Position numbers and translations under genes: made by a program
Shown here: positions 16,789 to 25,713 of the stretch, in pieces
How positions within the stretch are numbered: the first letter of the stretch is position 1
Layout: each line of letters begins with the position of its first letter
NCBI GenBank assembly: GCA_963840455.1
Contig: CAWIYV010000007.1
Coordinates: 482,838 to 546,837 of the forward strand
Source of the DNA: Nitrospirota bacterium
Lineage (GTDB): Bacteria; Nitrospirota; UBA9217
DNA length: 64,000 nt
Direction of reading: 5' to 3'
Notes under the pieces: model-generated
Database searches by the model: none
Told to the model about the DNA's origin: nothing
The model's input: only the letters and a program-made list of their open reading frames with translations

Positions 16789-17994
16789 TTATCTGCTCAC
16801 CATATATTTCTGCTGAAGTTCCGAAGACAGGTGGACCGGGCCATAGGCAGATGGTTCACCCCATAGGTTGTTTTTCCACCATTGGCCATCCTGTATCCAC
16901 CACACGCGCGGATCGCGGAAGGTGTCTGCAACTCTGTCGAATTCTTCTTCGGACCACCCCACGTACTCAAGCCATCGGCGCAGGTCCCTTGATTTGACAT
17001 GGTCCATTGCTTGTACTATCTTTATCCCCTCTTCTCTGGTCATGAGTCTTGACCGTATATCCTTGCACACATGATCGGTCGCTCTTCCATACCCGAATTT
17101 GACGAATTTCATGTAATCGTGGATGCCGTTCTCGTGCATATCATCCAGATTAGACATTTTGCGGTAGGTCCTCTCGAACGGCTCCTCGGATTCTTTAAAG
17201 CCGAATTTCTCGATCACCATCGGTCCGTGCACATTGGCATCCCACTTGAAATAGTTGGAGATGAATATTCCCCTGACACCAACGCGTTCAATTTCTTCGT
17301 CTGAAGGATATACCCAGGAAATCAATTCCTGCGTCGTCAGGGTTTCGTTGAACCGGGGGGCCTGTTCGAGAAAATCATGCCATTCATATCCTCGCAGCGA
17401 ATGTTCATGCCGATACCGGTAGGTAAATTCCACAAAATCATTGTAGGAATGCATCCCGCCCAGGTCCATAAACCCATGTTCGCCCCATACCATGAGGGGT
17501 ACATTCTGTTGAACAGCCGTCCGGATGGGATAGGTGAATATGCCCGCGTGAGCGTGCCAGTTCATGTCGCCCATCATTCTCATACCGAGTCTGTTCATTT
17601 TCTTTAACACCTCGATGCTGGGAGTAAAGAAAATATGATCGACTCCAAAGACCTCGCGCATGTTGATAAGATTCTTCATGCCTGTGGGCGTATAATTATT
17701 GCCGTGATAGGTCACCAGCAGGGGGTTGAGACCGTATACGGTCTTTATGATATAGGTTTGGAAATAGCTGTCCTTCCCGCCGCTAACCGGGATGATACAA
17801 TCATAGTTATCGCCGTCAACTCTCCGATACTGCTCGATGAGCCGTTCAAAGCGCTTTTTCCGGTTCTCCCAGTCTATCTCCACTTTTTGACCGGCCGTCC
17901 GGCATCCGGAGCAGATACCATTCTCATCGAAAGCCAGCGGGACTGCGGAACTTGCCGGATAAACACAGTTCTTACAATAGCTCATTTTCAACAT
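16789..17994 (-). CDS. N-acetyl sugar amidotransferase (PP-loop ATP pyrophosphatase; WbuX/WbpG/PseA-like)
   Basis: N-terminal Cys cluster CKNCVYP...GICSGCR and PP-loop IIPVSGGKDSYFQ. 401 codons. Followed by HisF/HisH paralogues. Confidence 0.85.
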   Translation of the reverse strand: MLKMSYCKNCVYPASSAVPLAFDENGICSGCRTAGQKVEIDWENRKKRFERLIEQYRRVDGDNYDCIIPVSGGKDSYFQTYIIKTVYGLNPLLVTYHGNNYTPTGMKNLINMREVFGVDHIFFTPSIEVLKKMNRLGMRMMGDMNWHAHAGIFTYPIRTAVQQNVPLMVWGEHGFMDLGGMHSYNDFVEFTYRYRHEHSLRGYEWHDFLEQAPRFNETLTTQELISWVYPSDEEIERVGVRGIFISNYFKWDANVHGPMVIEKFGFKESEEPFERTYRKMSNLDDMHENGIHDYMKFVKFGYGRATDHVCKDIRSRLMTREEGIKIVQAMDHVKSRDLRRWLEYVGWSEEEFDRVADTFRDPRVWWIQDGQWWKNNLWGEPSAYGPVHLSSELQQKYMVSR

Positions 17995-18009
17995 GATCGT
18001 CCTTTATTA

Positions 18010-18795
18010 CTACCGAACAGTAATGCCTTCTTCTTTTAGAAGCTGTTTTGCCCGGGGGTAGCTCCGCTCGGTAAAATGGAAAATGTTCCCGGCTGCTATT
18101 GCAGCTACTCGTGTAGCTTTTGCCAGATCAACAAAATCGCATGCCTCTCCAGCCCCTCCGCAGGCAATGACCGGTAGACGCGTGCATTCCACTACAGCCC
18201 CGATTGTTTCGATATCGAACCCGGTCGCTTTGCCGTCTCGTTCGATCGAATTGAGGAATATTTCGCCGGCCCCCAGCGTCTCGCACTCCTTTATCCAGTC
18301 ATGTACGATGGTCCCGGTGTTGCGTTGCCCGAAATCCGTATACACCACCGGCTTGCCGTCAACAATCCGGTAATCAACAGAAACGACGATGCATTGGGCT
18401 CCATACTTGTGGGAGATTTCCTTGATCAGTTCGGGCCGCTCAAAAGCCCCTGTATTCACTGTCACCTTGTCTGCACCGTATTGGATCCTGGCATCGACAT
18501 CCTCCATTCGGCGGATGCCTCCGCCGAATGTCAAGGGCATGAAGCACACCTTTGCAATCTGCCTGATAATCTGGTCCATCGAATCGTACGACTTAATCTT
18601 ATGATCGTCGCGGCGCAGGTCATAGTGCTTTTCCCGGCTGATATCGATATAGATCAGCTCATCTACGTCCCACGCATTATAGCGGTTTGCCTCGTTGATG
18701 ATGTTCCCGATATTCTGGTGGTACGAGAAATCTTCGCTTCTGACGATAAGGCCGTTCTTGATATAGAGAACAGGTATTAATCGACGTTTCAGCAT
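18010..18795 (-). CDS. HisF-like cyclase subunit paralogue (WbuZ-type, glycan-locus associated)
   Basis: MLKRRLIPVLYIKNGLIVRS...TFGGGIR...ACGGAG: (beta/alpha)8 HisF motifs. Shares 1 nt with the upstream gene's stop codon. Confidence 0.85.
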   Translation of the reverse strand: MLKRRLIPVLYIKNGLIVRSEDFSYHQNIGNIINEANRYNAWDVDELIYIDISREKHYDLRRDDHKIKSYDSMDQIIRQIAKVCFMPLTFGGGIRRMEDVDARIQYGADKVTVNTGAFERPELIKEISHKYGAQCIVVSVDYRIVDGKPVVYTDFGQRNTGTIVHDWIKECETLGAGEIFLNSIERDGKATGFDIETIGAVVECTRLPVIACGGAGEACDFVDLAKATRVAAIAAGNIFHFTERSYPRAKQLLKEEGITVR

Positions 18796-19406
18796 CAGAA
18801 CGTTCCAAATTTCCTTAATAACGACAGGCCGCTTTTCTGGCTTTTCTCAGGATGAAACTGAACGCCGAATATGTTTCCGGCCTCGAAGACCGCGTCGAAC
18901 TCGATCCCATATGACGTCCTTCCTGTTACGAACGGCCTTTCCGTCAGACGACAGTAATAACTATGAACAAAATAGAAGCTGGCCTCGGTGCTCAGTTCGC
19001 TCAGGAGCAATGAGGACGTGCCGATGGTAACCGTGTTCCAGCCGACGTGCGGGATCGGCAGCTCCTTTATGCTGTCGTGAAGGCTTTCCACGGTTCCTCG
19101 CACCAGCGCAAGTCCCTCATGGTTTCCATGCTCGGTGCTGGAATCAAGGAGCAGCTGCATTCCAAGGCATATTCCGAGAAGCGGTCTTTTGCGAACGAGG
19201 GCGTGCTCATGAAGCTCTTCAAAGAATCCCGAATGCCTGATCCTCTGAATCGCAACTCCGAAAGCGCCTACTCCCGGGAGAATGATACTGCCGCACTTCC
19301 GTACTTCAGATGGTTGATCGATTATCCTGCTCGGTATGTTGAGATAATCAAGGGCGTTCTGAACCGAAGCCAGATTACCCATACCGTAATTAATGATGCC
19401 AAGCAT
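18795..19406 (-). CDS. HisH-like glutamine amidotransferase subunit paralogue (WbuY-type)
   Basis: MLGIINYGMGNLASV, nucleophile elbow GICLGMQLL, and C-terminal VQFHPEKS. I prefer the ATG at 19406, preceded by AGGAGG, over the TTG at 19439 given in the ORF track. Confidence 0.85.
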   Translation of the reverse strand: MLGIINYGMGNLASVQNALDYLNIPSRIIDQPSEVRKCGSIILPGVGAFGVAIQRIRHSGFFEELHEHALVRKRPLLGICLGMQLLLDSSTEHGNHEGLALVRGTVESLHDSIKELPIPHVGWNTVTIGTSSLLLSELSTEASFYFVHSYYCRLTERPFVTGRTSYGIEFDAVFEAGNIFGVQFHPEKSQKSGLSLLRKFGTF

Positions 19407-19443
19407 ACTGATGGAGCCCCCTCCTGTCACACCGGCCAACCTG

Positions 19444-20496
19444 TCAGCCGATCATCTCCCAGCGGACCGGAGTTCCTCGCTTTACATGCTGGTTTATTTT
19501 TTTCCCGAGGACGATTTCCAGATATTTGGGGCTTAAGCCGAGTCCCGGTCTTATTGTCCGGATATTTTGCACAGTAAAGACATCTCCTGGCTGCATATCC
19601 TGCACCACGTACAAGGACCGACGAAAGCGTAAAGAAGCCTTTTCTGCCTCTGACGGTCCATAGGTGATATGTCCGAGAGCCTGCCATGCACGTTCCGTCT
19701 CGATAACCAGTTGCCTCAATTCCTCAGGCTCCATCGAAAACGTGCTGTCCACGCCCCCATCCGATCGTCGCAGCGTAAAGTGCTTTTCAATGACGGTGGT
19801 GCCAAGAGCCGCACTCGCCACGGCTACGCCGATTCCAGCGGTATGGTCAGACAAACCCACCTGAACATCGAAGAGGTCACGCATGTGCGGAATGGTCAGG
19901 ATGTTCGTATTCATCGCTGACGCCGGGTAGGAACTGGTGCATTTCAGGAGAACGATATCCACACACCCTGCCTGCCTCGCGGTTTGGACCGTTTCTCCGA
20001 GTTCTGCAACCGTTGCCATTCCAGTAGAAATCAAAAGGGGTTTCCCGGTTGCTGCAACGGAGCGGATAAGCGGGATGTCCGTATTCTCAAAGGAAGCGAT
20101 CTTGTAGCAGGGAGGATCGAATGATTCAAGAAAAGCCAGCGACGATTTGTCAAAAGGAGTACTGAAACAGATCAGTCCAAGCTCCTTGCAGCGCTCGAAT
20201 ATCGGTTTGTGCCACTCCCAGGGAGTGTATGCCTTCTGGTACAGGCGATAGAGCGAGTCGCCCTTCCAGATGCTCACGGCATCTTCTATGAAAAACTCCT
20301 TCTCTGAAAGGTCAAGAGTCATCGTCTCTGCGGTGTAGGTTTGCAGCTTGAGAGCATCGGCTCCGGCTTCTGCAGCCGCCTTGACAATCTCCAGCGCCCG
20401 CTCAAGTGACTGGTTGTGATTGCCCGACATTTCGGCCACAATGAAAGGCTTGTGGCCCGGACCTATCATACGGTTCTGGATCTTGATATCTTTCAT
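19444..20496 (-). CDS. pseI: Pseudaminic acid synthase (NeuB-family nonulosonate synthase with C-terminal SAF domain)
   Basis: IGPGHKPFIVAEMSGNHNQSLERALEIVKAAAEAGADALKLQTY. The ATG at 20496 makes an ATGA overlap with the pseH stop. The ORF track start at 20604 would overlap pseH by 112 nt. Confidence 0.8.
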   Translation of the reverse strand: MKDIKIQNRMIGPGHKPFIVAEMSGNHNQSLERALEIVKAAAEAGADALKLQTYTAETMTLDLSEKEFFIEDAVSIWKGDSLYRLYQKAYTPWEWHKPIFERCKELGLICFSTPFDKSSLAFLESFDPPCYKIASFENTDIPLIRSVAATGKPLLISTGMATVAELGETVQTARQAGCVDIVLLKCTSSYPASAMNTNILTIPHMRDLFDVQVGLSDHTAGIGVAVASAALGTTVIEKHFTLRRSDGGVDSTFSMEPEELRQLVIETERAWQALGHITYGPSEAEKASLRFRRSLYVVQDMQPGDVFTVQNIRTIRPGLGLSPKYLEIVLGKKINQHVKRGTPVRWEMIG

Positions 20497-21038
20497 TTCT
20501 CTTCCCGACCAAGGTATTTGAGGCGTATTGCTTCCCTGACATGTATCCAGTCCTTTTTGAAAAGTCCGAATGCTATCACATCCTGGTATCGGCCGTTCTT
20601 CCACGCATGCCGAAGAAATCTCCCCTCCTGCCGGAAGTTCAGCTTTTGATGATACAGAACGCTCGCCCGGTTGAAAGCAAAAGCAGTGCTGCAGAGTTTT
20701 CGGATCCGGAGCTGTTCAAAGATGAACTGAAGGGCCATATATCCCATGATCGTACCGCTTCCGCGGGGAACAGTTCTCTCCCCGAGATAAAAACCCCATT
20801 CACATCGTTGGTTCTTCTTATCGATATCGTATATATTTATGACACCGGCAGGTTTGCCTTTAATCTCAAAAATAAGGCAGTGCCTGTTCGGATCCTTTAC
20901 AAGACCTGCAAACCATGCTCGGTGTTCCTTCAGCGAAATGACATGGTCATTGTACATGTATCTTCGAATGGATTTCGAATTCCTCCATTGAAGGACGATA
21001 TCCAGATCAGTCTTGGCCAGAGGCCGGATTTTATGCAT
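20493..21038 (-). CDS. pseH: GNAT N-acetyltransferase, PseH-like (UDP-4-amino-4,6-dideoxy-AltNAc N-acetyltransferase)
   Basis: MHKIRPLAKTDLDIVLQWRNSKSIRRYMYNDHVISLKEHRAWF, typical of the PseH N-terminus. Alternative starts at 21050 (ATG) and 21053 (TTG). Confidence 0.7.
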   Translation of the reverse strand: MHKIRPLAKTDLDIVLQWRNSKSIRRYMYNDHVISLKEHRAWFAGLVKDPNRHCLIFEIKGKPAGVINIYDIDKKNQRCEWGFYLGERTVPRGSGTIMGYMALQFIFEQLRIRKLCSTAFAFNRASVLYHQKLNFRQEGRFLRHAWKNGRYQDVIAFGLFKKDWIHVREAIRLKYLGREEK

Positions 21039-22107
21039 AGTATTTTCCATCAAGCACTGAAAAGAGAAGTGCAGGTATATTCTTCCTGTCAGTAGGATTG
21101 CCCATCACCTGCAGCGCCTTTTTTGACAGGGAAACAAGTGTTCCTCTGTTATTCATCAACGATCTGATCGCACTCGCCAGATCAGGCGCCCCAACGTGAC
21201 CGCTCCAGCCGAGATTTACGGTTGCACCTGCCGATGCCACTGCCTCCGTCAGTTCTTGCTGGTTCTGGGCAAGTATCAGTGTGATGGACGGTAAACCGAG
21301 ATAGCAACGTTCCCAGGTGGTCGACCCTCCCGCTCCGATGAACAGATCAGCTTCTGCCATCAATTGTGCCATGGTATCGATCTGACAATAGTATTTCGTG
21401 TTCGGCAGGGAATTACAGAGCGCCTCTATATTCCTCCTGTGCGGATTTGATGATCCGACCACCACATCAACAGCCATTGCAGATTGATCCAGCCGTTGTA
21501 TCGCCCCGAGAGCCTTCGCGGTCTCATTGGAGGGATCGCTTCCGCCGAACGAGATCATGATGCGCCTGACAGATCCGTCCCGCTCCCTGAGATGACGTCT
21601 CGCCTCTATGAAATCTTCTCTCAGTAATGCAAATTGAGGTCCGAGCAGCTTCATGCAATGCGCGGAAACGAGTTTGTCATACCGCTCTTGCATATTCTGC
21701 TTGAGATTCTGGTCCAGCAAGACATCACACTCATGGCGTCTGTCGGCCAGATCGTCTATGACCATGATCTTGCGGCACCAGGGTCTGATCACTGATTCCC
21801 ATCGGGCATCAAGGGAATAATGATCGACAATGACATAATCAGGAGCATCGTTCCTGATCAGTAACGCCGTATTCCTTGCGTCCCCCTCCCAGTCAAAGGA
21901 TGGTGATCGGGAAGCCGGCAGATAGTCTACTGCATAGCCCTTGCCCGACAGGAAAGACCTGAGGTTACCAGGGAGTTCAGTCGTTATAAAACGAACACTT
22001 GCGTTCATCCGTGCCAGCTGACCTGCAAGCGTCAGGCAGCGCATCAGATGGCCAGTCCCGATTTCCACAGAAGCATCAACTCTGATCGCGGCCTTGATGT
22101 TCATCAC
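21031..22107 (-). CDS. pseG: UDP-2,4-diacetamido-2,4,6-trideoxy-beta-L-altropyranose hydrolase, PseG-like (GT-B fold)
   Basis: IRVDASVEIGTGHLMRCLTLA N-terminus and C-terminal ADLFIGAGGSTTWERCYLGLP. ATGA overlap with the upstream methylase gene. Confidence 0.8.
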   Translation of the reverse strand: MMNIKAAIRVDASVEIGTGHLMRCLTLAGQLARMNASVRFITTELPGNLRSFLSGKGYAVDYLPASRSPSFDWEGDARNTALLIRNDAPDYVIVDHYSLDARWESVIRPWCRKIMVIDDLADRRHECDVLLDQNLKQNMQERYDKLVSAHCMKLLGPQFALLREDFIEARRHLRERDGSVRRIMISFGGSDPSNETAKALGAIQRLDQSAMAVDVVVGSSNPHRRNIEALCNSLPNTKYYCQIDTMAQLMAEADLFIGAGGSTTWERCYLGLPSITLILAQNQQELTEAVASAGATVNLGWSGHVGAPDLASAIRSLMNNRGTLVSLSKKALQVMGNPTDRKNIPALLFSVLDGKYYA

Positions 22108-22727
22108 CTGAGTTTTTCTAGCAGAAACCAGGTAATATCATCCTGGGGAAACTGTGGGTCACGATGATACACAAAACCATACTTGAGAAGCCGTACCGAT
22201 CCGAATCTCTCCATGAATTCGCCTGCAAAATCGCGCTTGAACAACTTACCGGCGTGCCCGCGGTACGGGATTTCGATCGGCGAAGGATTGTAATATTCTG
22301 CGATGCAGACATATCGCTTGCTCGTCTCATACAGGAGATCGTAGACCTGCGGAAGGCGCTCAGGGTTCATATGGATCAGAACACCCTTTATCAGTACGAA
22401 ATCGCGTTGATAATCCGGATGAAACTCCAAAAGAGACGAGTGGTAAACCTTCAGATCCTGTATCTGGCGCAACTTTTCGACCGCGTTCTGATTGATCTCC
22501 ACAGCAGAAAGCTCAACATCAGGTAGCAGCCGCCTGAGTGCCAGCAGATTAAGCCCGATATTGGCTCCGAATTCGATGATACTTTGAACGGGCGTTCCGT
22601 TTTCAAGGATCTTCGAAAACAGGGCGGTATTGCTGGCTACCCATGCGCCCCCTTGATTCCGTGCAACGTATTCATCTCCAAATTGTCCGGCCCAAAAGCT
22701 TTCCTGTTCTGTTCTAAATGTCTCCAT
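22104..22727 (-). CDS. Pseudaminic acid biosynthesis-associated methylase (SAM-dependent, function uncharacterised)
   Basis: N-terminus FRTEQESFWAGQFGDEYVARN and IIEFGANIGLNL, as I recall for the Pse-associated methylase family. It sits between pseF and pseG. Confidence 0.65.
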   Translation of the reverse strand: METFRTEQESFWAGQFGDEYVARNQGGAWVASNTALFSKILENGTPVQSIIEFGANIGLNLLALRRLLPDVELSAVEINQNAVEKLRQIQDLKVYHSSLLEFHPDYQRDFVLIKGVLIHMNPERLPQVYDLLYETSKRYVCIAEYYNPSPIEIPYRGHAGKLFKRDFAGEFMERFGSVRLLKYGFVYHRDPQFPQDDITWFLLEKLR

Positions 22728-22746
22728 GCCTGTTCCCGTTTCAGAA

Positions 22747-23484
22747 TTAACTGGCCGCCTTCTTCTGTTCGACCTGCGCGTTGATCAACGGCCAATCAGG
22801 ATGCTCACCGATAAGCCGCAATACGTCCTGAAGATCAAATCCTGGTCTGACCGGATAGAGCGCTTCAATGATCCGCCTTATAAGCTCAAAATCCTCGGGG
22901 GTATCTACGGTCCAGCGATGACGGCTCTGATCTTCGGAAAACGTTATATCAGCCAGCCGGAATCGATAAGGGTTGTGATACAAGAACGGCGTCACATGTT
23001 CCCGGTCGGAACTCTTCACCGCTTCCCGATGTGCGATATCCAATGCGTTAAAAGAAAAAACTTCGGTATCCATCCCCCGTGGATAGCTGCGGACAAGACA
23101 ATTGGATACATAATCATACTCCAGCCGGTGTTCGTTATAAAAACGAATTATGTGATCAATGACCCCGGGATCGATGATCGGACAGTCGGAGGTCACCCTG
23201 ACCACGGAATCAGCGTGCACCAATGTGGCCGCGCCGTGATATCTGCCAAGAACATCGTCCTCAGACCCTCGATAATACCGGACGTCCAGCCGATCGCAGA
23301 GAGCGACAATAGGATCATCGGTTCCGTTTGTCGTGGTAGCGATCATGATCTCATCGGCTGACGGCACTCTTCGCAGCCGTTCGATCTGGTATTCCAGGAG
23401 CGGTTTCCCCAGGACCCGCTTCAGGACCTTTCCGGGCAAACGCGTCGACGTCATCCGCGCCTGGACGATAATAACCGGTTTCAC
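22747..23484 (-). CDS. pseF: Cytidylyltransferase, PseF/SpsF-like (CMP-pseudaminic acid synthetase candidate)
   Basis: MKPVIIVQARMTSTRLPGKVLK N-terminal nucleotidyltransferase motif. 245 codons. Confidence 0.75.
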   Translation of the reverse strand: MKPVIIVQARMTSTRLPGKVLKRVLGKPLLEYQIERLRRVPSADEIMIATTTNGTDDPIVALCDRLDVRYYRGSEDDVLGRYHGAATLVHADSVVRVTSDCPIIDPGVIDHIIRFYNEHRLEYDYVSNCLVRSYPRGMDTEVFSFNALDIAHREAVKSSDREHVTPFLYHNPYRFRLADITFSEDQSRHRWTVDTPEDFELIRRIIEALYPVRPGFDLQDVLRLIGEHPDWPLINAQVEQKKAAS

Positions 23485-24650
23485 AGAAGGGCCTTCTTGA
23501 TTTTTGTTATTACCCGGTCCTGCTTATCTTCCGTCAAGTCAAAGTACATTGGTATGCTGATACCCTCCCGGTAATAGCGCTCCGCTTCAGCAAAGTCCCC
23601 CTCGTGAAATCCGAGTTCGCGATAATAAGGCTGCATATGAACCGGGATATAGTGAACGTTTACCTGGATGCCCTCACGCCGCAGCAGTTCAACGACCGCT
23701 TTGTGCGAGATCTTTATCTTCTCACGTTGCAGCCGTATGACGTAAAGATGATATGCGGAATACGTGTCGGGGTGCTGCCACGGCAGGGTCAATGGCAAAT
23801 CACATAATGCCCGGTCGTAACGATCTGCTAAATAGTTGCGACGTGTGACGAACTCGTCCAGCCGCAGAACCTGGCTGATCCCCAGGGCCGCCTGGATATC
23901 TGTCATACGGTAATTAAAGCCAAGCTCTATTTGCTGATAATACCAGGGGCCATGAGACTCCCCCTGCATCATTGCAGGATCCCGGGTTATACCATGACTG
24001 CGAAGGCGAACGAGTTTGTCGTGAAGATCCTTTCTATTGGTCAACAGCATGCCTCCTTCGCCCGTGGTAATGATCTTTACCGGGTGAAAACTGAAGACAG
24101 TCATGTCAGAGAAAGAACAGTTCCCTATGTTGCGGTCAAGATATCGTCCTCCGATCGCGTGGGAAGCATCTTCTATGACCGTAAATCCATACTGTTTAGA
24201 CAAATCAGCAATTTTGATCATGTCACATGACTGACCTGCAAAATGAACCGGAACGACGATCTTCGGGAGTCTTCCCGCGCGTTTTGATTTCGCAAGTTTT
24301 TGCTCAAGCTTGTCCATGCTCATATTGTACGATCGAGGATCGATGTCGACAAAATCCACACCTGCGCCGCAATAGAGAGCGCAGTTGGCTGACGCTACAA
24401 ATGTATTCGGGGAGGTCCAGAGCGCATCCCCTGGTCCAAGGCCTGCTGCAAGGCAAGCTATATGCAGTGCGGACGTCGCGCTGTTTACGGCAACTGCATA
24501 CTTGGTCTTGCAATAGCTCGCTACGGACTGTTCGAAACGCTCAACTGCCGGACCCTGAGTAAGCCAGTCCGATTTAAGCACATCCACAACAGCCTGGATG
24601 TCCTGGTCCGATATGGACTGTCTCGCATAGGGTATGATCGTATTATCCAA
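23481..24650 (-). CDS. pseC: UDP-4-amino-4,6-dideoxy-N-acetyl-beta-L-altrosamine transaminase, PseC-like (DegT family)
   Basis: IPYARQSISDQDIQAVVDVLKSDWLTQGP and SFHPVKIITTGEGGM. Confidence 0.85.
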   Translation of the reverse strand: MDNTIIPYARQSISDQDIQAVVDVLKSDWLTQGPAVERFEQSVASYCKTKYAVAVNSATSALHIACLAAGLGPGDALWTSPNTFVASANCALYCGAGVDFVDIDPRSYNMSMDKLEQKLAKSKRAGRLPKIVVPVHFAGQSCDMIKIADLSKQYGFTVIEDASHAIGGRYLDRNIGNCSFSDMTVFSFHPVKIITTGEGGMLLTNRKDLHDKLVRLRSHGITRDPAMMQGESHGPWYYQQIELGFNYRMTDIQAALGISQVLRLDEFVTRRNYLADRYDRALCDLPLTLPWQHPDTYSAYHLYVIRLQREKIKISHKAVVELLRREGIQVNVHYIPVHMQPYYRELGFHEGDFAEAERYYREGISIPMYFDLTEDKQDRVITKIKKALL

Positions 24651-24658
24651 AATGTATC

Positions 24659-25669
24659 CTAAACAGTGAAAGACGGATCGACGTGCAATTTGATCAATTG
24701 GCGGATCTGCTCTATCGTCAGCCAGTCGGCATTGGTCCCGCTGTTGTAAGAGAGATCCTGTTTACAATAGTTTCCTTTAAAGGTCTTCATGAATTCATTA
24801 ACATCCCATTCCTTTATCGACGGGAGTATGACATAATATTTGGGAAACTCTATGGCATTCAGTGCATCTGTTGCGGTTATCATCTCTTCATGTAATTTTT
24901 CCCCCGGCCTGATACCAACGATCTGTCGTTTACAGCGGGGACCAATAGCCTCAGCCACATCCATGATACGGTAACTCGGTATCTTGGGAACGAAGATCTC
25001 GCCTCCCCACATGTTTTCAAGAGCAAACAGGACAAGCTTTACGCCTTCTTGAAGGGTAATATTAAATCTGGTCATCCGCTCATCGGTGATCGGTAGGACC
25101 CCTTCTTTTCTCTTGTCAAGAAAGAACGGAATAACGCTGCCGCGGCTGCCCATAACATTGCCGTAGCGAACAACCGAAAACTTAATGTCATGTTTTCCTT
25201 TAAAGTTGTTCGCAGCAGCAAAAAGCTTGTCCGAGCAGAGCTTTGTCGCGCCGTACAGGTTGATCGGTGCTGCAGCCTTATCAGTGCTTAGTGCGACGAC
25301 CTGCTTGACGCCTTTGTCTATCGACGACTCGATCACGTTCTGTGCACCGATGATATTCGTTTTAACCGCCTCGAAGGGATTATATTCCGCCGCAGGCACC
25401 TGCTTCAATGCAGCTGCATGGACTACGATATCAATGCCTTCCAGTGCACGAAGCAAGCGGTCCCTATCGCGGACATCACCGATAAAATAGCGTAACTGAG
25501 GATACTTCTTTTCAGACAGGTCATGACTCATATCATATTGTTTCAATTCGTCACGCGAGTATACGACTACGCGCTGAATTTCCGGGTACTGGAGAAGAAT
25601 CGTTTCAATAAATTTTTTCCCGAACGAACCGGTACCGCCGGTAACGAGAATTGATTTTCCCTTTAGCAC
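24659..25669 (-). CDS. pseB: UDP-N-acetylglucosamine 4,6-dehydratase (inverting), PseB-like
   Basis: LKGKSILVTGGTGSFGKKF...VVYSRDELKQ (SDR-extended). I prefer the GTG at 25669, preceded by GGAGGAGGA at 7 nt. The ORF track GTG at 25729 would overlap the wzt 3' end by 16 nt. Confidence 0.85.
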   Translation of the reverse strand: MLKGKSILVTGGTGSFGKKFIETILLQYPEIQRVVVYSRDELKQYDMSHDLSEKKYPQLRYFIGDVRDRDRLLRALEGIDIVVHAAALKQVPAAEYNPFEAVKTNIIGAQNVIESSIDKGVKQVVALSTDKAAAPINLYGATKLCSDKLFAAANNFKGKHDIKFSVVRYGNVMGSRGSVIPFFLDKRKEGVLPITDERMTRFNITLQEGVKLVLFALENMWGGEIFVPKIPSYRIMDVAEAIGPRCKRQIVGIRPGEKLHEEMITATDALNAIEFPKYYVILPSIKEWDVNEFMKTFKGNYCKQDLSYNSGTNADWLTIEQIRQLIKLHVDPSFTV

Positions 25670-25713
25670 TAAACTATCCTCCTCCACAAATAGTTGCGTC
25701 GATATCGCTTGAC

